Under the pieces are notes generated by a model, which worked only from the letters and a program-made list of their open reading frames with translations, was not told the DNA's origin and did not search any database. From Halocafeteria seosinensis (lineage: Eukaryota), in contig LVLI01000043.1 of the NCBI GenBank assembly GCA_001687465.1, positions 124,001 to 188,000 on the forward strand: DNA of 64,000 nucleotides, read 5' to 3'. The stretch's first letter is position 1, and every line of letters starts with the position of its first letter. The translations under genes and the position numbers were made by a program. Positions 60,146 through 64,000 of this stretch are shown piece after piece.

Positions 60146-60909
60146 TGTCATTAATTCAAACAATACTACATTCCAACATATTAGTACCATTAGGCTGTGT
60201 TGTACAATTCTTCCATTTGAATACGTGCCGCTGAATTCCAAATTCCCAATTCCCCGGGATGGATCCCGGGCTGGGGGGAATTGAGCGACGCGCTTCCACG
60301 AACGAGCCAGGAATCCAGTCAAAACAAAAATGTTCAGAGTCTATTGGATTGTCAACCCACATATGCACACGGTCAGCGAGCGAGGGTGCTGTGAATCTCT
60401 CCTCCTTTAGTTCCGTGTTGTGTGCATTGAATTTTTTGTTTTTAAAGGGTTGTGTACGGGGATCTGGTTCAGTCGTTAAACCCAAGGCCAGGTAAGGTGT
60501 GCAAGGCGATTTGAGTGGCGTTTCGCTGCGCGAAAACGCATCCTTTCCGCCCAAGAGCTTCGCCCTAGAGTGCTCTACACGCCGACGAAAGGGTGTCCGT
60601 GTAAGGAGGGGCTTATAAGAGATACAGCATGTATTTGCGAAGGACCTCCATGTAGGCACCTTTTTTGGCGTTTCGGATCCCCCTTTGGCTTCCCCCGTTT
60701 TGAAAGCCGTTAGGTCCCCTTGGGCGCCGGTCGCAAGACAAGGCAGTGGTCGGTCGCAACCTGACGCGAGCTCTTACAGGGGAAACCCAAGGGGGACAAA
60801 AAACATGGCCGTTGAGATGTTGGAATTCAAGGTGTATTTCTTTGATACCCGAACTATAAGTCACTGAAGTTGTTCTCGTTGCACTGCAGGGTCTAAATAA
60901 GGAGGCGAA

Positions 60910-63900
60910 ATGTTTTCGAGATTTCGACGTCGAACCTCCGAGGACCGCACCAAGGAAGTGGCGAAGGCACCCCGTTATCAATGGATCAAGAGTAGAATCG
61001 CTGCCACATTTGATTTAGATCAAGAAACAGTGGATGACTTTTTTGATCAACCGGAACCAGTCTCCTACTTCGAAACGCTATGCCAAGGCACGGGGCCGTC
61101 GCGTGTTTTTGTGTTTTATCAGAGTCCGGATGCCAATAGTGTACGTTGAGTTGACGAAGCAGGAAGCGGAATCCAACAACAGTGTTTAACTTAAAAGAGA
61201 CAATTTTTGTTTATGCAGGATGAATCGACCGTTACTGAAAGGCCCCCGCAACTTTACGTATCCGACGGAAACACGGACCGCATAAAAGGGCGGGCCTTAT
61301 ACTTCCTTCGCAACACTGATGGGGAGATTGACACGCAAAAGGAGTCCGATGAGTCTCTGCTGACAGGGGAGTTGAATCCCGATGTACTTGCATTGTTCGA
61401 AGCTCAGTTGTCGGATGTGTTCAAGCCTTTGGTAGAGCAGAAGGAAAATTGGGGAAAGGCTGATGAAAAATCCAAGAAAGAGTTTACGCAAGACATGAAG
61501 CGCTTCACAGAAGATATGGAAGAAGCCTTAAGGAACATAGGCTCAGGGGTAGAACTAGAACATCCTAATCCTCAGTTTGATCTTGACAAAATGCAAAAGG
61601 ATCCTGTTAAGTATGTTCAGCAAAACCCATCGGCACTTCGCCATTTTGAGACTTTGATTGAATCCTGGTGTGATGAAATTGAAAAACATGTGGACAAAAC
61701 GTCAGCGGATAATGAACACAAGGAACCAGGAGCTGAAATCAAATACAAAGATGATTACGGCGACTCAGTCACAGACAGAAAGGGCCCACGAGGTGTGATT
61801 GAATGGTGGCGGGCACGAACACAGAAACTCACGAGCATCACCGAACAACTCCGAGCAAAGGAGTTTCGAGCTGTTATCACTTGCATGACTACAGTGGTAT
61901 CTAAAGGAGCATCTACTGGAGATGCCAACCGCAGTTCATTATTTGCATTGATCCGACGTTGGAAGGCCTTGGATGTCCGCATAACTGAAGCGGCGAACGA
62001 AGCAAAAGATAACGTCAAGTATTTATCTACTCTGGACAAATTCCTGGAGCCTTTGTACTCACAAGATCCGTCTCACATCATTGATGCCCTTCCTGCGCTA
62101 ATGAATAGTATCAAGATGATCCACCAAATAGCCAGGTACTTTGGAAATGATAAGTTCAGAATGGAAGACCTTTTCGTGCGTCTTACGCGTCGAATGATCA
62201 TGAATTGCAAGGAATTCATCTTGCAGTCTGGGGAGGGTGAGGATGAGGCCAAAACCTCAGGTACCAAACTGTGGACCAAGGATCCGGCAACACTCCTCAA
62301 GACTCTGGAAGAGTGCCTGAAACTGAATGAAGCCTATCAAGATACTTACCGTTTTACCAAGGAAGCGTTGGCCAGTCAGCCGAATGTCAAGAAGTTTGAA
62401 TTCGACGAGAATGCAATCTTCAGTCATTTCGATTTGTTCTGCCGTCGTATCATCAAATTAATTGACATGTTCGCCACCATAGCTCAATTTGACGCTCTAG
62501 CATCCCACAAATTAGAGGGAATGGAAGACTTGACAAAGAAGTTCCAAGAAATGCTGGGTGATTTCAAGCGGAAGCGTCATGATTTGCTCGCGTACGAAGA
62601 CAATAGCTTTGACCGTGATTATGTGGAGTTCAATGTGAAAGTGCAGTCGCTAGAACAGGAGCTACAGAACTTTATCAATTCGAGCTTTGAGAGCATATCT
62701 GACGTGATGCAAAGCCTCAATCTTCTTCGCAAATTTCAGTCGATACTCCAGCGAGAGTCTCTGAAAGCGGATTTGGACGACAAATTTGCGATAATTTTCC
62801 AAACGTATGGTGGGGAACTTGAGATGATACAATCCTTGTACGAGCGCCACAAACACAATCCTCCGACACCTAGGAACATGCCCCCTGTAGCGGGAAACAT
62901 CACCTGGTCTCGGCACTTGTTGAAGCGCATCGAAGAACCCATGCGACAGTTTGAACGCAATCAAGCAGTTCTCGCTAGCCGTGATGCCAAGCGAATAATC
63001 AAGAGCTACAATAAGGTTGCTAGAACACTCGTCGCCTTCGAGTATCTTTGGTATCAAGCTTGGGTGGATAGTATAGAAGATGCCAAGGCAGGTCTGCAGG
63101 CAACGCTGTTGATTCGTCACCCTGAAGATGGCAAGCTGTACGTCAACTTCGATGCGGAGATCCTGCAGCTCATTCGGGAAGCAAAGTGTCTTGATCGAAT
63201 GGGCATTGAAATCCCAGAATCTGCGAAAGTTGTTTTGCTTCAGGAAGAGAAGTTCAAATCGTACTACAATAACCTTGCTTACTGCTTGCATGAATACGCA
63301 CGCATCACGTCAAAGATTATCCCGGTGACTGCTGGCCTTCTGAAGCCGCATATTCACGACCTGGAGTACAAACTCCGACCAGGAATGGTGACGTTGACTT
63401 GGACCAGTATGAACATCGACGCCTACCTATCACACGTGCAGAACGGATTGCACCGTCTGGAAGAACTTGTGCATAATATTAACGATGTCATAGAGAATCG
63501 CGTGGAAAACAATTTGAAGGTAGTATCGAAAGCGCTTTTAGTCGACCTCCCGGAAAATCGTACGTGCAATCTTGATGACTTCGTTCAGATGCAAGAAGAG
63601 ATTGTCCACGAGAAGGTGTCCTTGCTGCAAGGCAAGAATGTCGAAATCGAACACGCGGTTGAGGATCTCACAGGTTTGATTTGTTCTTATCCACTGGATG
63701 CTCATATCGAGCGTGTTAAAGATGAAGACATCCAAAAGTTGCATGATCATTATAACCATTTCATGTACCAGGCTTTGTTGAACTGCACGAAGACAAGCCT
63801 TAACACGCTAAAGCGGCGCGTGGCTGGAACTAGTAATGGGGAGTCGAAGGCCAACCCGTTCTTCGAAATTGAGGTGAAACTCTCGGTCCCGAGCGTTGAC

Positions 63901-64000
63901 CTCCAGCCAAGTTTGGAAGAAGTCCAGGACGCAATCAATCGCACCGCTCTTGCTGTACTTAGTAGTACCAAGGAGATTTGGGACTGGGGGCAAGCAAATC
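60910..64000 (+). CDS. Axonemal outer-arm dynein heavy chain (gamma / DNAH5-8 type), N-terminal part, truncated by window end
   Basis: Intron 61141-61218; ITEAANEAKDNVKYLSTLDKFLEPLY, NPPTPRNMPPVAGNITWSRHLLKRIEEPM, LYVNFDAEILQLIREAKCL. Confidence 0.93.

Noticed and set aside
61297..63993. Minus-strand ORFs over the dynein gene, and similar antisense ORFs over other long genes
   Set aside because: Shadow ORFs opposite well-supported CDSs; the dynein frame is missing from the track only because it runs off the window.

Overview
Gene-dense eukaryotic nuclear DNA (roughly balanced GC, standard code, mostly short GT-AG introns of ~50-160 nt) from a flagellated protist. It encodes CCDC153/DRC12 and an outer-arm dynein heavy chain; a stramenopile-like lineage is an inference only. 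Housekeeping genes include tRNA-Gly(CCC), a katanin-p80-type domain protein, phosphatidylserine synthase, DUF711, phosducin-like TXNDC9, a CHD7-type remodeller and the dynein. They are interleaved with an accessory, conflict-like zone at ~7.7-30 kb. This zone holds (1) two paralogous ankyrin genes built of phase-0, one-repeat-per-exon cassettes in different numbers; (2) a ~3.9 kb segment bracketed by identical 176-bp direct repeats, carrying a tandem-repeat/coiled-coil/PD-(D/E)XK-like gene and LamG relics; and (3) the best candidate for a new system, an intronless 1108-aa NLR-like protein fusing an S-adenosylhomocysteine-hydrolase-like N-terminal domain to a STAND-type P-loop domain and TPR-like repeats. 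All domain calls are by-eye motif recognition; no searches were run.
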